Below the pieces are notes generated by a model, which saw only the letters and a program-made list of their open reading frames with translations, was not told the origin of the DNA and ran no database searches. A program made the translations under genes and the position numbers. Below are positions 19,779-28,606 of a stretch of 64,000 nt of DNA, in pieces (position 1 is the first letter of the stretch; the number at the start of each line of letters is the position of its first letter). Where the stretch lies: contig CAZYUB010000003.1 of NCBI GenBank assembly GCA_964650515.1, forward strand, positions 4,096 through 68,095, in the 5' to 3' direction. Source of the stretch: an uncultured Planctomycetia bacterium. Lineage in GTDB: Bacteria; Omnitrophota; Gorgyraeia; Pluralincolimonadales; Pluralincolimonadaceae.

Positions 19779-20425
19779 AAGAGCGCGACGCGCTTTTGCG
19801 GGAAGCTATGGTGGAGGAGCAGCTGATACCCCGCGGCATAAATGACCTAAGGGTGCTCGACGCAATGAGGAAGGTCCCGCGCCACCTGTTTGTGCCTGAT
19901 TCAGGGCTCGAGAACGCATACGGCGACCACCCTTTGCCCATCGGAGAAGGGCAAACGATCTCCCAGCCGTATATGGTAGCGCTGATGACGCAGTCACTCG
20001 GGCTCAAGGGGACTGAGAAGGTCCTCGAGATAGGGACCGGCTCGGGATACCAGGCGGCGATACTCTCTTTGCTTTCGAAAGAGGTCTATTCGATAGACAG
20101 GTATGGGGACCTGTCGCAGAAAGCGGGCGAAACCCTTGGGAAGCTCGCGTTCACGAACATAAAACTGATGACGGGCGACGGGACAGAGGGGTGGGGGGAG
20201 TTTGCCCCTTATGACGCGATAATCGTCACGGCCGGGACCCCGTCGATCCCACAGCCCCTGCTGGACCAGCTCGCCGGGCACGGGAGGATCGTGGTGCCTG
20301 TGGGCGGGTCCTTCAGCCAGACGCTGACGCTAGCCAGGAAGGAAGCTGGCGGCATCATACGGGAAGAGATATGCGGATGCGTATTCGTCCCGCTCGTCGG
20401 GAAGTACGGGTGGAAGCAGGGCTGA
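19775..20425 (+). CDS. pcm: Protein-L-isoaspartate O-methyltransferase
   Basis: SAM motif LEIGTGSGYQAA, preceded by ISQPYMVA. 216 aa. Confidence 0.88.
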   Translation: MKERDALLREAMVEEQLIPRGINDLRVLDAMRKVPRHLFVPDSGLENAYGDHPLPIGEGQTISQPYMVALMTQSLGLKGTEKVLEIGTGSGYQAAILSLLSKEVYSIDRYGDLSQKAGETLGKLAFTNIKLMTGDGTEGWGEFAPYDAIIVTAGTPSIPQPLLDQLAGHGRIVVPVGGSFSQTLTLARKEAGGIIREEICGCVFVPLVGKYGWKQG

Positions 20426-20464
20426 TAATTTGTTTGACATAATATTACGCGTGTGTTAGAACTA

Positions 20465-20640
20465 TTCCAGGTACTTTAAGCGCGGGAAGCCCGTGGAACA
20501 CGGGCACGGCCCCGCCACTGTAATCGGCGACGAAAGCCAACAAGCCACTGTCCGCAAGGATGGGAAGGCGAGGCAAGTAGGTAAAAACCGAGAGTCAGGA
20601 TACCCGCTTAAAGCGGCCGTAAAGCGGCCAAAAAATTCCT
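20465..20640 (+). promoter_or_regulatory. Cobalamin (AdoCbl-type) riboswitch upstream of cobU
   Basis: Conserved elements: GCGGGAAGCCCGUGGAACACGGG, GGCCCCGCCACUGUAAUCGG, GGGAAGG and the B12 box GAGAGUCAGGAUACCCGC. A possible TTGACA -35 lies at 20434-20439. Confidence 0.85.
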
Positions 20641-20660
20641 TCGAGGGTGAGGCGCATGAG

Positions 20661-21185
20661 ATGTCAGAACTGATATTATTGACCGGGGGCGTAAGGTCAG
20701 GTAAGTCCAGGTACGCCCAGTCGCTGGCTAAGGGAGCAGGAGGCAGGGTTTATTATGTCGCAACTGCCGAGGCCCTCGATGACTGCATGCGGAAGCGGAT
20801 CACAGCCCACAGGAAGTCCCGCCCTAAGTCGTGGCACACTGTCGAAGAACCCATATCAGTAATAAAGGCCGTCAATAGCCTGCCTCGAGGCGATAAGACC
20901 GTCATACTCGATTGCCTCACTCTTTTCATTTCAAACCTCATACACAAAGGGCTCAGCGATGCCGGGATACGCTCGGAGGTCAAGGGCGTAGTATCGGCAT
21001 TGAGGAAGAATTCATCCCTCGCGATAATCGTCACCAACGAAGTCGGTTCCGGAATAGTCCCTGATACGGCGCTCGGCCGGAGGTTCAGGGACCTCCAGGG
21101 AACCGTAAATTCCATGGTCGCAAAGGAGGCGGAGAAAGTATGCCTGCTCGTATCGGGAATACCGCTGTATATAAAGCAAAGATAG
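20661..21185 (+). CDS. cobU: Adenosylcobinamide kinase / adenosylcobinamide-phosphate guanylyltransferase
   Basis: Start moved to ATG 20661. The earlier ORF start lies inside the riboswitch. P-loop LLTGGVRSGKS. ~174 aa. Confidence 0.88.
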   Translation: MSELILLTGGVRSGKSRYAQSLAKGAGGRVYYVATAEALDDCMRKRITAHRKSRPKSWHTVEEPISVIKAVNSLPRGDKTVILDCLTLFISNLIHKGLSDAGIRSEVKGVVSALRKNSSLAIIVTNEVGSGIVPDTALGRRFRDLQGTVNSMVAKEAEKVCLLVSGIPLYIKQR

Positions 21186-22234
21186 AGCGGACCGCATCGT
21201 CGATAGCCCCGCTTGACGCGCGTGCCCTCGAAAAGGCGCAAGCGCGGCTCGATAACCTGACGAAGCCGAAGGGAAGCTTGGGGCGTCTCGAAGAGGTCGC
21301 AGCGTCCATATCCGCCATAACGTTGGCCGAAAAGCCCTCGTTCGGGAGGAAGGTCATATTCACGCTCGCGGCGGACCATGGCGTCTGCGAGGAGGGCGTA
21401 AGCGCGTACCCCCAGGAAGTAACCGCCCAGATGGTATATAATTTCCTGCGCGGAGGGGCCGCAATAAACGTCCTCGCGGCGCACGCGGGGGCGGAGGTCA
21501 TTGTCGTCGATATGGGTGTCAAGGGCGATATAAATACGGACAACGTGTCGTTCATTAACAGGAAGATCGCGCGGGGCACCGATAATTTCGCGAATGGTCC
21601 CGCTATGTCATACGATAAGGCATGCGAGTCGGTAACCGCCGGAATAGAAGTGTTTGAGGAGGCCTACGCTAAAAAGAAGATAGATATAGCCGGCGTCGGC
21701 GAGATGGGCATAGGCAACACCGCGTCATCGAGCGCGGTCGTCTCGGCCATTACCGGGTTGGACGCGGGGCTTGTCACGGGCAGGGGCACCGGCCTTGATG
21801 ATGAGTCATACCTCAGGAAGGTCGATGTCATAAAGCGCTCCGTGGCGTTGAACAGGCCGGACCCGGACGACCCGATAGATGTGCTCGCGAAACTCGGCGG
21901 ATTTGAGATCGGCGGCATAGCAGGCATCATATTGTCCGCCGCTTCAAAAAGGGTCCCGGTCGTCGTCGACGGTTTCATATCGTCATGCGGCGCGCTGATA
22001 GCTTGCGGGCTCTGCGCCGGCGCGAAAGATTACCTCATAATGTCCCACCAGTCGGTCGAGGCGGGGCACGCGGCGGTCCTGAGGCACATCGGCAAGAGGC
22101 CGCTGCTTAACCTCGATATGCGCCTTGGCGAGGGAACGGGAGCCGCGCTCGGCATAAGCGTGGCGGAGGCGGCGATAAAACTCATGAACGGCATGGCAAC
22201 GTTCGGGGAAGCGGGGGTCTCGGAGAACCTATGA
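21140..22234 (+). CDS. cobT: Nicotinate-nucleotide--dimethylbenzimidazole phosphoribosyltransferase
   Basis: LTKPKGSLGRLEE and GEMGIGNT motifs. Overlaps the cobU 3' end by ~46 nt. Start uncertain. Confidence 0.88.
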   Translation: MPARIGNTAVYKAKIERTASSIAPLDARALEKAQARLDNLTKPKGSLGRLEEVAASISAITLAEKPSFGRKVIFTLAADHGVCEEGVSAYPQEVTAQMVYNFLRGGAAINVLAAHAGAEVIVVDMGVKGDINTDNVSFINRKIARGTDNFANGPAMSYDKACESVTAGIEVFEEAYAKKKIDIAGVGEMGIGNTASSSAVVSAITGLDAGLVTGRGTGLDDESYLRKVDVIKRSVALNRPDPDDPIDVLAKLGGFEIGGIAGIILSAASKRVPVVVDGFISSCGALIACGLCAGAKDYLIMSHQSVEAGHAAVLRHIGKRPLLNLDMRLGEGTGAALGISVAEAAIKLMNGMATFGEAGVSENL

Positions 22235-22971
22235 AAGGTTTCCTGGCGGCGCTGCAGTTCCTTACTATCATACCTGTGAAACTGAAAGGCGGAGTTTCCG
22301 AGGATGAGATGCCGTCATCAGCCGCGTGGTTCCCGGCCGTAGGCCTCATAGTCGGCATATTGCTCGCGTTCGCGTATGAAGCGCTGAGCCGTATATTCCC
22401 CGTGCCTGTCGTGTGCGCGTTCGTGCTCACTTTAAGCGAAGCAGTGACCGGAGGGCTGCATATTGACGGGTTTATAGACACTATGGACGGCATCGCGAGC
22501 GGCGCGGACAGGAAGAGGATGCTTGAAATAATGCATGAAGGCAGGCCCGGTGCGCTCGGGCTTGCGTCCGTGATCCTGCTTTTCCTTTCAAAGTACTCGC
22601 TGCTGCTGAGCCTCCCTGAGGGGACGGCCGGGATATCGCTGGTAGCCATGTCGGTCATGAGCCGCGCTTCCTTCGTGGCATCGGCGGTATTTTACCCTTA
22701 CGCCAGGGAAGGTTCGGAAGGCCTCGGGAAGGTATTTATCGGAAAGGTAAAACAGCCCGCGGCGGTGATCGCGGCAGTGACATTGCTGGCCGTAGTCATA
22801 TTCATATTCAGGGCAAGGGCGCTCATATTGCTTCCAGCAGTAGCCGCGGCCTTTATCGCGTGCAACCTATATTTCAGCAAGAAGCTCGGCGGCGTCACCG
22901 GGGATACTATCGGAGCGGTAGGCGAAGTGCTGGAGGTGATAGTGTTGGCGATCGCGGTCGTATTGATATGA
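22231..22971 (+). CDS. cobS: Adenosylcobinamide-GDP ribazoletransferase (cobalamin synthase)
   Basis: 246 aa polytopic membrane protein. LQFLTIIPV N-terminus is typical of CobS. Confidence 0.88.
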   Translation: MKGFLAALQFLTIIPVKLKGGVSEDEMPSSAAWFPAVGLIVGILLAFAYEALSRIFPVPVVCAFVLTLSEAVTGGLHIDGFIDTMDGIASGADRKRMLEIMHEGRPGALGLASVILLFLSKYSLLLSLPEGTAGISLVAMSVMSRASFVASAVFYPYAREGSEGLGKVFIGKVKQPAAVIAAVTLLAVVIFIFRARALILLPAVAAAFIACNLYFSKKLGGVTGDTIGAVGEVLEVIVLAIAVVLI

Positions 22972-23801
22972 AAAAGGCCGTCCTGTTGGCATCGGTATTC
23001 CTGCTCACCTGCGCGCGGCCGGACGCGTACGGGGCGATGCGTATCGTATCCGTGACGCCGGCCACAACGGAGATAGCGTGCGCGCTCGGCCTCGAGGAAG
23101 AACTGGTCGGGGTGTCGACATTTTGCGATTATCCGCCATCAGTCAAAAAGAAGGAGAAGATAGGGTCGTTCAGCGACCCTAATTTAGAGAAGATAATAAT
23201 GCTGAAGCCGGATGCCGTCCTTGCGACGGGATTGGAGCAGGCGCAGGCGGTCGAGAAGATGGAGAAACTCGGCCTTAACGTCATATCGGTGGAACCGGGG
23301 GATTTCGAGGGATTGTTCAGGTCGGTAACGGAAATAGGAAAGGCATGCGGGAAGGAAAAGCGCGCGTCCGAACTGGTCCGCGATATGAGGCGCTCGCTCG
23401 GTTCGTTAAGGGCCAGGGTAAGCGGGATAAGCGCTTCGCTGAGGCCTAAGGTATATTTTGAGATATGGAACGACCCGATCATGACGGCAGGGAAGGGCTC
23501 GTTCATAGATGAGATGATATCGATAGCGGGCGGGATAAATATCTCGGGCGATACCGGCAGGCCGTTCTCGCAATTCAGCGCCGAGCTGGTAGTAGAGAGG
23601 GACCCAGACGTGATAATACTCGGTTATATGGCGGGCGGCCCATCGGCCGCGGCATCGGTAGGCAAAAGGGCCGGGTGGAGCGGGATAAAGGCGGTGAGAT
23701 CGGGCAGGGTATACGATGACATCGATCCCGACACGCTGTTCAGGCCGGGCCCGCGCCTCATAGAAGGCGTCAAGGCGCTAAACGACAGGTTATACAGGTG
23801 A
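22968..23801 (+). CDS. btuF: Periplasmic cobalamin/siderophore-type ABC substrate-binding protein (BtuF-like)
   Basis: ATGA overlap with cobS. Signal peptide, then RIVSVTPATTEIACALG. Class III SBP fold. Confidence 0.8.
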   Translation: MKKAVLLASVFLLTCARPDAYGAMRIVSVTPATTEIACALGLEEELVGVSTFCDYPPSVKKKEKIGSFSDPNLEKIIMLKPDAVLATGLEQAQAVEKMEKLGLNVISVEPGDFEGLFRSVTEIGKACGKEKRASELVRDMRRSLGSLRARVSGISASLRPKVYFEIWNDPIMTAGKGSFIDEMISIAGGINISGDTGRPFSQFSAELVVERDPDVIILGYMAGGPSAAASVGKRAGWSGIKAVRSGRVYDDIDPDTLFRPGPRLIEGVKALNDRLYR

Positions 23802-24802
23802 CGGATATACGGAATATAATAGAAGACAGGAAGAAGAAGGCCGTGAGGGCCCTGGCGATACTCATATCACTGATCATCGCGGCGGCATTTGTCTCGCTTT
23901 ATTCAGGCGCGGCTAAGATAGGGTTGTTCGAGCCGCTCAACGTGATGAGCAGGCAGATATTGTATATGAGGTTATTGAGGATAGCGCTTGCGGTGCTGGT
24001 AGGCGGCGGGCTTTCGGTATCAGGCGTGATACTGCAAGGCCTGCTGCGCAATCCGCTCTGCGAACCGTATGTCCTCGGAATATCGAGCGGCGCCTCTGTC
24101 GGGGCGGTTATATCCATCGTATTGGGGGCAGGGGGCGCGTTCATCGGCCTGTCAGCCCTGCCGTTATGGGCGTTCATCGGCGCGGCTGCGACATTCTTTA
24201 TCGTATACAGGGCCTCCGAGGTCAGCGGGAGGGTCCCGATACAGAACCTTCTGCTGACGGGCGTGATAGCCGGCGCGCTGCTGTCGTCGATAGTGATCTT
24301 CATCGTCTCTTTTTCAGAGAAGGAATCGCTGCACAGCATAATATGGTGGCTGCTCGGCAACCTGCAGATATTCGACGGCGGCCTGCTGGCTTTTGTCGCC
24401 GTGATGGTAGCCGCGGGGACGGCGGCCGCATATATCTTCTCGAACGAGCTTAACGCGTTCGCGCTCGGTGAAGAAGAGGCCGCGCACATCGGCGTGGATA
24501 CGGAACGCATGAAGATGGCGCTCTTTCTCACGGCGTCGATGATCACCGGCGCGTCGGTCGCGGCTGCGGGGATGATAGGGTTTGTCGGTCTCATAGTGCC
24601 GCATTTCATGAGGATGGTTGTCGGCCCTGACCACAGGATACTCATACCTTCATCTTTCCTTGCCGGAGGGGTATTCCTGCTCGTATGCGATACGGCAGCT
24701 AGGACGCTTATGCCGCCGGCGGAGATACCCGTAGGAGTGATAACGGCGGCCTTGGGTGCCCCGTTCTTCATATATATGCTCAGGAAAAAATCGAGGCTGT
24801 GA
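23798..24802 (+). CDS. btuC: FecCD/BtuC-family ABC permease
   Basis: GTG start overlapping the btuF stop. 334 aa, ~9 TM segments. FecCD signature region. Confidence 0.85.
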   Translation: MTDIRNIIEDRKKKAVRALAILISLIIAAAFVSLYSGAAKIGLFEPLNVMSRQILYMRLLRIALAVLVGGGLSVSGVILQGLLRNPLCEPYVLGISSGASVGAVISIVLGAGGAFIGLSALPLWAFIGAAATFFIVYRASEVSGRVPIQNLLLTGVIAGALLSSIVIFIVSFSEKESLHSIIWWLLGNLQIFDGGLLAFVAVMVAAGTAAAYIFSNELNAFALGEEEAAHIGVDTERMKMALFLTASMITGASVAAAGMIGFVGLIVPHFMRMVVGPDHRILIPSSFLAGGVFLLVCDTAARTLMPPAEIPVGVITAALGAPFFIYMLRKKSRL

Positions 24803-25596
24803 TGGGCGCGCTTGAAGTGAAGAATATATTCAACGGTTATGCCGGAAAGACGGTAGTAAGGGACGTCTCCTTCAGCGCATCGGAAGGGGAGTTCATCGGG
24901 ATAATAGGGCCGAACGGCGCCGGCAAATCGACGCTCATGAGGACGATAAGCCGCGTGCTGCGCCCGGGATCCGGTTCGGTATCTTTCGGCTCGCGGGACA
25001 TATTCTCCATGCCGCAAAAGGATTTCGCGAGGTCCGTCGCGTTCGTATCGTCCGATCCCGCGGTGGTCTTTCCGTTCACAGCGTTCGAAGTCGTGATGAT
25101 GGGCAGGTTCCCGTATATGAGGATGTTCGGGTCGGGGTCGAAGGAGGATATAGAGGCCGTCGAACGCGCGGTCGCGGCGACGGATTGCGCCGGGGTGATA
25201 TCCCGGCCGATAGACCGCTTGAGCGCCGGCGAGAGGCAGAGGGTCCTGATAGCAAAGGCGCTGGCCCAGGAGCCGCGGTTGATGCTGCTCGACGAGCCCA
25301 CCGCGCACCTCGACATATCGCACCAGGTGCAGGTGCTCGACATACTCAAAGGGCTCAGCGGAAGGAAGATCACGGTCATCGCGGTACTGCACGACCTGAA
25401 TCTCGCGGCCGAATATTGCGACAGGCTCGTGCTCATAGACAAAGGCGCCGTCAGGTCGTCGGGCGCGCCAAAGGAGGTGCTGGATTATAAGATAATCGAA
25501 GAGGTGTACAAAACTGTTGTTGTGGTAAGGGAGAATCCCGTCAGCGGGAAACCCTATGTGTTGCTTGCGCCCGGATCGAAAAAGGGAAGCCGTTAA
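24799..25596 (+). CDS. btuD: ABC transporter ATP-binding protein (BtuD/FecE-like)
   Basis: Walker A GPNGAGKST. ABC signature LSAGERQR. Walker B LLLDEPT. An ATG at 24802 is an alternative start. Confidence 0.88.
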   Translation: MMGALEVKNIFNGYAGKTVVRDVSFSASEGEFIGIIGPNGAGKSTLMRTISRVLRPGSGSVSFGSRDIFSMPQKDFARSVAFVSSDPAVVFPFTAFEVVMMGRFPYMRMFGSGSKEDIEAVERAVAATDCAGVISRPIDRLSAGERQRVLIAKALAQEPRLMLLDEPTAHLDISHQVQVLDILKGLSGRKITVIAVLHDLNLAAEYCDRLVLIDKGAVRSSGAPKEVLDYKIIEEVYKTVVVVRENPVSGKPYVLLAPGSKKGSR

Positions 25597-25599
25597 AAG

Positions 25600-25770
25600 G
25601 CGCGGTACCTGCCGCTGTAGTCCCGACCTTTATTAAAAGGAGAACCGAATGGCGAAGAGATCCCACTGTCCCCAAGAGGGGGCGGGAAGGGGGCCAGGAG
25701 GGCGGGACAGCCAGAAGACCTGCCGGTGTGCGCATATTCTCTTAGACTGCCTCAGGAGATACGAGGTATA
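25600..25770 (+). promoter_or_regulatory. Second cobalamin riboswitch, upstream of the TonB-dependent receptor
   Basis: GGCGAAGAGAUCCCACUGUCC (a CCCACUG variant of the conserved GCCACUG motif), GGGAAGGGGG, and B12 box AGCCAGAAGACCUGCC. SD AAGGAG sits 11 nt before ATG 25790. Confidence 0.75.
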
Positions 25771-25789
25771 AAACAAGGAGTTTAAGTCG

Positions 25790-27613
25790 ATGTATTTGAA
25801 GAAGATCATCTGCGCGTCGGTAATCGTTTTGTGTTGCTCCCACTGCTGTTGTGCGGAAGAGCCCCTAAGCATCGAGCTGGAAAAGATCGTAGTGACCCCG
25901 CTTAATTCCGGTCAGCCCTATTCCGAGATATCGAGGAACATGGAAGTGGTGGATTATTCGACGCCGAGGCTGCTTTCCCTGCAGACCATCGCGGTCCCGC
26001 TCGATAAGCTGACCTCGGTATTTACCACCGATTACGGCACCGTCGGCGCTACGAAGGAAATACACATACGCGGCTCTTCAGCCGAGCAGGTGCTTATAAT
26101 GGTGGACTCGAGGCCGATAAATAACCCGCGGACGGGCATGACCGAGCTCTACCAGATATCCCCCGATGCCATCGATAGGGTAGAGGTCATCAAGGGCCCC
26201 GCCTCATCCGTGTACGGCTCAAGCGCGATCGGAGGGGTTGTAAACGTCATAACGAAGAAACCTTCGGAGAAACCGAGCACCACCATAGTGTCGAGTTTCG
26301 GCACCTTCCGGACGTTCCACGAGTCGCTTTCCACGTCCGCGACCTTCAAGAATCTCGGCTACAGGATCAATTACGCCTATGACTCGTCGTCGGGCGACAG
26401 GGACAACTCCGGCTACCTGTCGAACAACTGGGACGCCAAACTGAATTATGAGGTGGCCGAGCGCAATAACATATATTTTAACGGCGGGTATTTCCAGGAC
26501 AGGGCGGGCGCTCCCGGTTCCGTATTCCTGCCGCAACCCGATGATTGCCAGCGCAATTTCAATAATTTCCTCGACCTCGGCTGGGATGCGGAGATCTTTG
26601 ACGACGCGAACATGAGCGTCAGGGGCTACCAGAATTCCGACCGGCTCGAGTTTACGGAAGGATATGACCCGCTGTTGAAGACCGCCTCGCGCACCAAGGT
26701 AAGGGGCATCGTCGCGAAATACGACCAGACGTTCTTTGACGCGTATAAAGTCATCGCAGGATTCGACGGCAAGGACAACAGGATGAACTCGTCAAACAGC
26801 GGCAAGCACAGGTATGTCGTGCGTTCGCCTTTCGTGCAGAACGAAGTATCCCTATGGGAAAAGGTGTTCGTGAACTTCGGAGCTAGATGGGACGATTATT
26901 CGAATTTCAAGAGCGAACCTACACAGAGCGCGGGCCTGTCGCTGAAAGCGCACGAATTCGTGAAACTGCGCGCGAATTACGCGAAGGGTTTCAGGGCCCC
27001 GACGTTCAGCGAGCTCTACTGGCCTTTCGACGGCTGGACGGAAGGAAATCCGCGCCTCGTGCCTGAGAAGTCATGGTCATGGGAAGGCGGACTCGACATC
27101 GATTATCCCTGCGGGCTCGGCCTCAGCGCGACGTATTATACGAACAAGGTAAAGGACCTTATTAACTGGGCCGCAGGCAGCGACTGGGTATGGCGCCCGT
27201 CGAATGTCAGTTCCGCGAAGATAGACGGCTGGGAGTTCTCCTCCGATATCCCGCTGCTGAAGCACCTGAAGGCGGATGTCGGATACACGTACCTGAACGC
27301 GATGGACAGGGAGCTCGACCGTTACCTGATATACAGGCCGAAGCACAAGGTGGACCTCGGGCTCACGTGCGAATACGAGAAGATTTATGTTAGGCTCTCG
27401 GGCCAGTCGCTGGGAAGGCGTTATGTGGACACTTCGAATTCCGAAGTGCTGAAAGCGGATTTCATCGCGAACCTCGAAGCGCAATATAAAGTGAACAATA
27501 ATTTGACTACTTTCCTTTCGATTGATAATATATTCAATAAGAACTACCAGAGGATATTGGGCTATCCGATGCCCGGGTTCGCGGTAAATGCCGGAGTGAA
27601 ATGTGAATTTTAG
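25790..27613 (+). CDS. btuB: TonB-dependent outer-membrane receptor (BtuB-like)
   Basis: Signal peptide. TonB box EKIVVTP. Plug domain followed by beta-barrel. C-terminal Phe. 607 aa. Confidence 0.85.
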   Translation: MYLKKIICASVIVLCCSHCCCAEEPLSIELEKIVVTPLNSGQPYSEISRNMEVVDYSTPRLLSLQTIAVPLDKLTSVFTTDYGTVGATKEIHIRGSSAEQVLIMVDSRPINNPRTGMTELYQISPDAIDRVEVIKGPASSVYGSSAIGGVVNVITKKPSEKPSTTIVSSFGTFRTFHESLSTSATFKNLGYRINYAYDSSSGDRDNSGYLSNNWDAKLNYEVAERNNIYFNGGYFQDRAGAPGSVFLPQPDDCQRNFNNFLDLGWDAEIFDDANMSVRGYQNSDRLEFTEGYDPLLKTASRTKVRGIVAKYDQTFFDAYKVIAGFDGKDNRMNSSNSGKHRYVVRSPFVQNEVSLWEKVFVNFGARWDDYSNFKSEPTQSAGLSLKAHEFVKLRANYAKGFRAPTFSELYWPFDGWTEGNPRLVPEKSWSWEGGLDIDYPCGLGLSATYYTNKVKDLINWAAGSDWVWRPSNVSSAKIDGWEFSSDIPLLKHLKADVGYTYLNAMDRELDRYLIYRPKHKVDLGLTCEYEKIYVRLSGQSLGRRYVDTSNSEVLKADFIANLEAQYKVNNNLTTFLSIDNIFNKNYQRILGYPMPGFAVNAGVKCEF

Positions 27614-28319
27614 GTACACGGAAGACATAGGCAGGACTTTCAAGACAACGCTGCTGTTCTCCGCGGTCTTGCATATATTCCTGCTTTTTAATTGGCCGTT
27701 CTACAGGCATATCTTCACGGACAGGAAGAAGCCGGGGGATATCGAGATCACCTACCTGAAACCCGAGGTGATACGCGAGAAGCCCGAGCAGTCCGCGAAG
27801 AGGTCCGTGCCGCAGCCCGAGGTCTCGAAGCCGGCGAAGCTGGTAGAGGAAGCGAAGCCGGAAGAGAAGGCGAAAGCCGAGGCCGCGAAGAAAGAGGTCC
27901 TAAAGGCGAAGCCGGCTGCATCAGAGGAACCTGCGGCTGCGCAGAAGGAGCCCGACAGGGCGAAGGTCGTGATAAAACAGCCGGTGGTGCCGAGGATACA
28001 GGCGACGGCATCCGTGGACATGCAGGGCCTCAGGCTCATGCCGACCTCGTATTCCCAGACGGTCCGGAACAAGATAATCAGCAGGCTCGATACGATGAAA
28101 TCCGGGGTGGAAGGGGAAGTATACGTCCGTTTTATCGTGACTTCGGACGGCGGCCTGAAGGATATCAGGATAGTCGACGATAGATCATCGACTAACAGTT
28201 TCCTGAGGTCGGCGGCCTTCGCCGCGGTAAGGGACGCCGCGCCGTTCGCGGAATTCCCGGCTGGCGTTGACCTTCCCGAGATCGCCTTCACCTGTGAGAT
28301 ATCGTTTGCAAGGAAATAA
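27603..28319 (+). CDS. tonB: TonB-family energy transducer (C-terminal TonB domain)
   Basis: GTG start. N-terminal TM helix. Pro/Glu/Lys-rich spacer. C-terminal TonB_C-like domain GEVYVRFIV. Confidence 0.75.
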   Translation: MNFRYTEDIGRTFKTTLLFSAVLHIFLLFNWPFYRHIFTDRKKPGDIEITYLKPEVIREKPEQSAKRSVPQPEVSKPAKLVEEAKPEEKAKAEAAKKEVLKAKPAASEEPAAAQKEPDRAKVVIKQPVVPRIQATASVDMQGLRLMPTSYSQTVRNKIISRLDTMKSGVEGEVYVRFIVTSDGGLKDIRIVDDRSSTNSFLRSAAFAAVRDAAPFAEFPAGVDLPEIAFTCEISFARK

Positions 28320-28330
28320 GGCAATTTATC

Positions 28331-28359
28331 TTGACAGGCGGCCCGCTCTCTGTTATATT
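28331..28359 (+). promoter_or_regulatory. Sigma70-type promoter for rpsU (TTGACA-17-TATATT)
   Basis: -35 at 28331-28336, 17 nt spacer, -10 at 28354-28359. Confidence 0.7.
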
Positions 28360-28396
28360 GTCGTTGGCAAAACCATAAAGAAAGGGATGATATCTA

Positions 28397-28585
28397 ATGC
28401 CAATGGTAGAGGTCGGCCAAAACGAGCCTCTTGAAAAGGCCTTGAGGCGGCTTAAAAAGAAGATCGAAAGAGAAGGTATACTAAAAGCTATAAGGGCGCG
28501 CAAGCATTACGAGAAGCCGAGCGTCAAGAAAAAGAGAAAACAGATGGAGGCGCTCAAGAACAAAAGGAAAAGATATAGCTTCTGA
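28397..28585 (+). CDS. rpsU: 30S ribosomal protein S21
   Basis: 62 aa. MPMVEVGQNEPLEKALRRLKKKIEREG is typical S21. Confidence 0.93.
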   Translation: MPMVEVGQNEPLEKALRRLKKKIEREGILKAIRARKHYEKPSVKKKRKQMEALKNKRKRYSF

Positions 28586-28606
28586 TTCTTTTATGAGCGT
28601 TAGCCG

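Noticed and set aside
20493-20660. N-terminal extension of the cobU ORF (MEHGHGPATV...)
   Set aside because: It overlaps the cobalamin riboswitch aptamer. The conserved CobU N-terminus, with the P-loop, begins at ATG 20661 behind a GGTGAGG SD.
22860-22967. N-terminal extension of the btuF ORF (MQPIFQQEARRRHRG...)
   Set aside because: It lies inside cobS in another frame. The signal peptide MKKAVLLASVFLL starts at ATG 22968, which makes an ATGA overlap with the cobS stop.
23899-25392. 497-aa minus-strand ORF antisense to btuC/btuD
   Set aside because: It is Arg/Pro/Gly-rich and low-complexity, with no motifs. It is fully covered by two well-supported ABC transporter genes on the plus strand.
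27692-28183. 163-aa Arg/Gly/Glu-rich ORF in an alternative frame inside tonB
   Set aside because: Low-complexity frame-shadow of the Pro/Glu/Lys-rich TonB linker. No start context.
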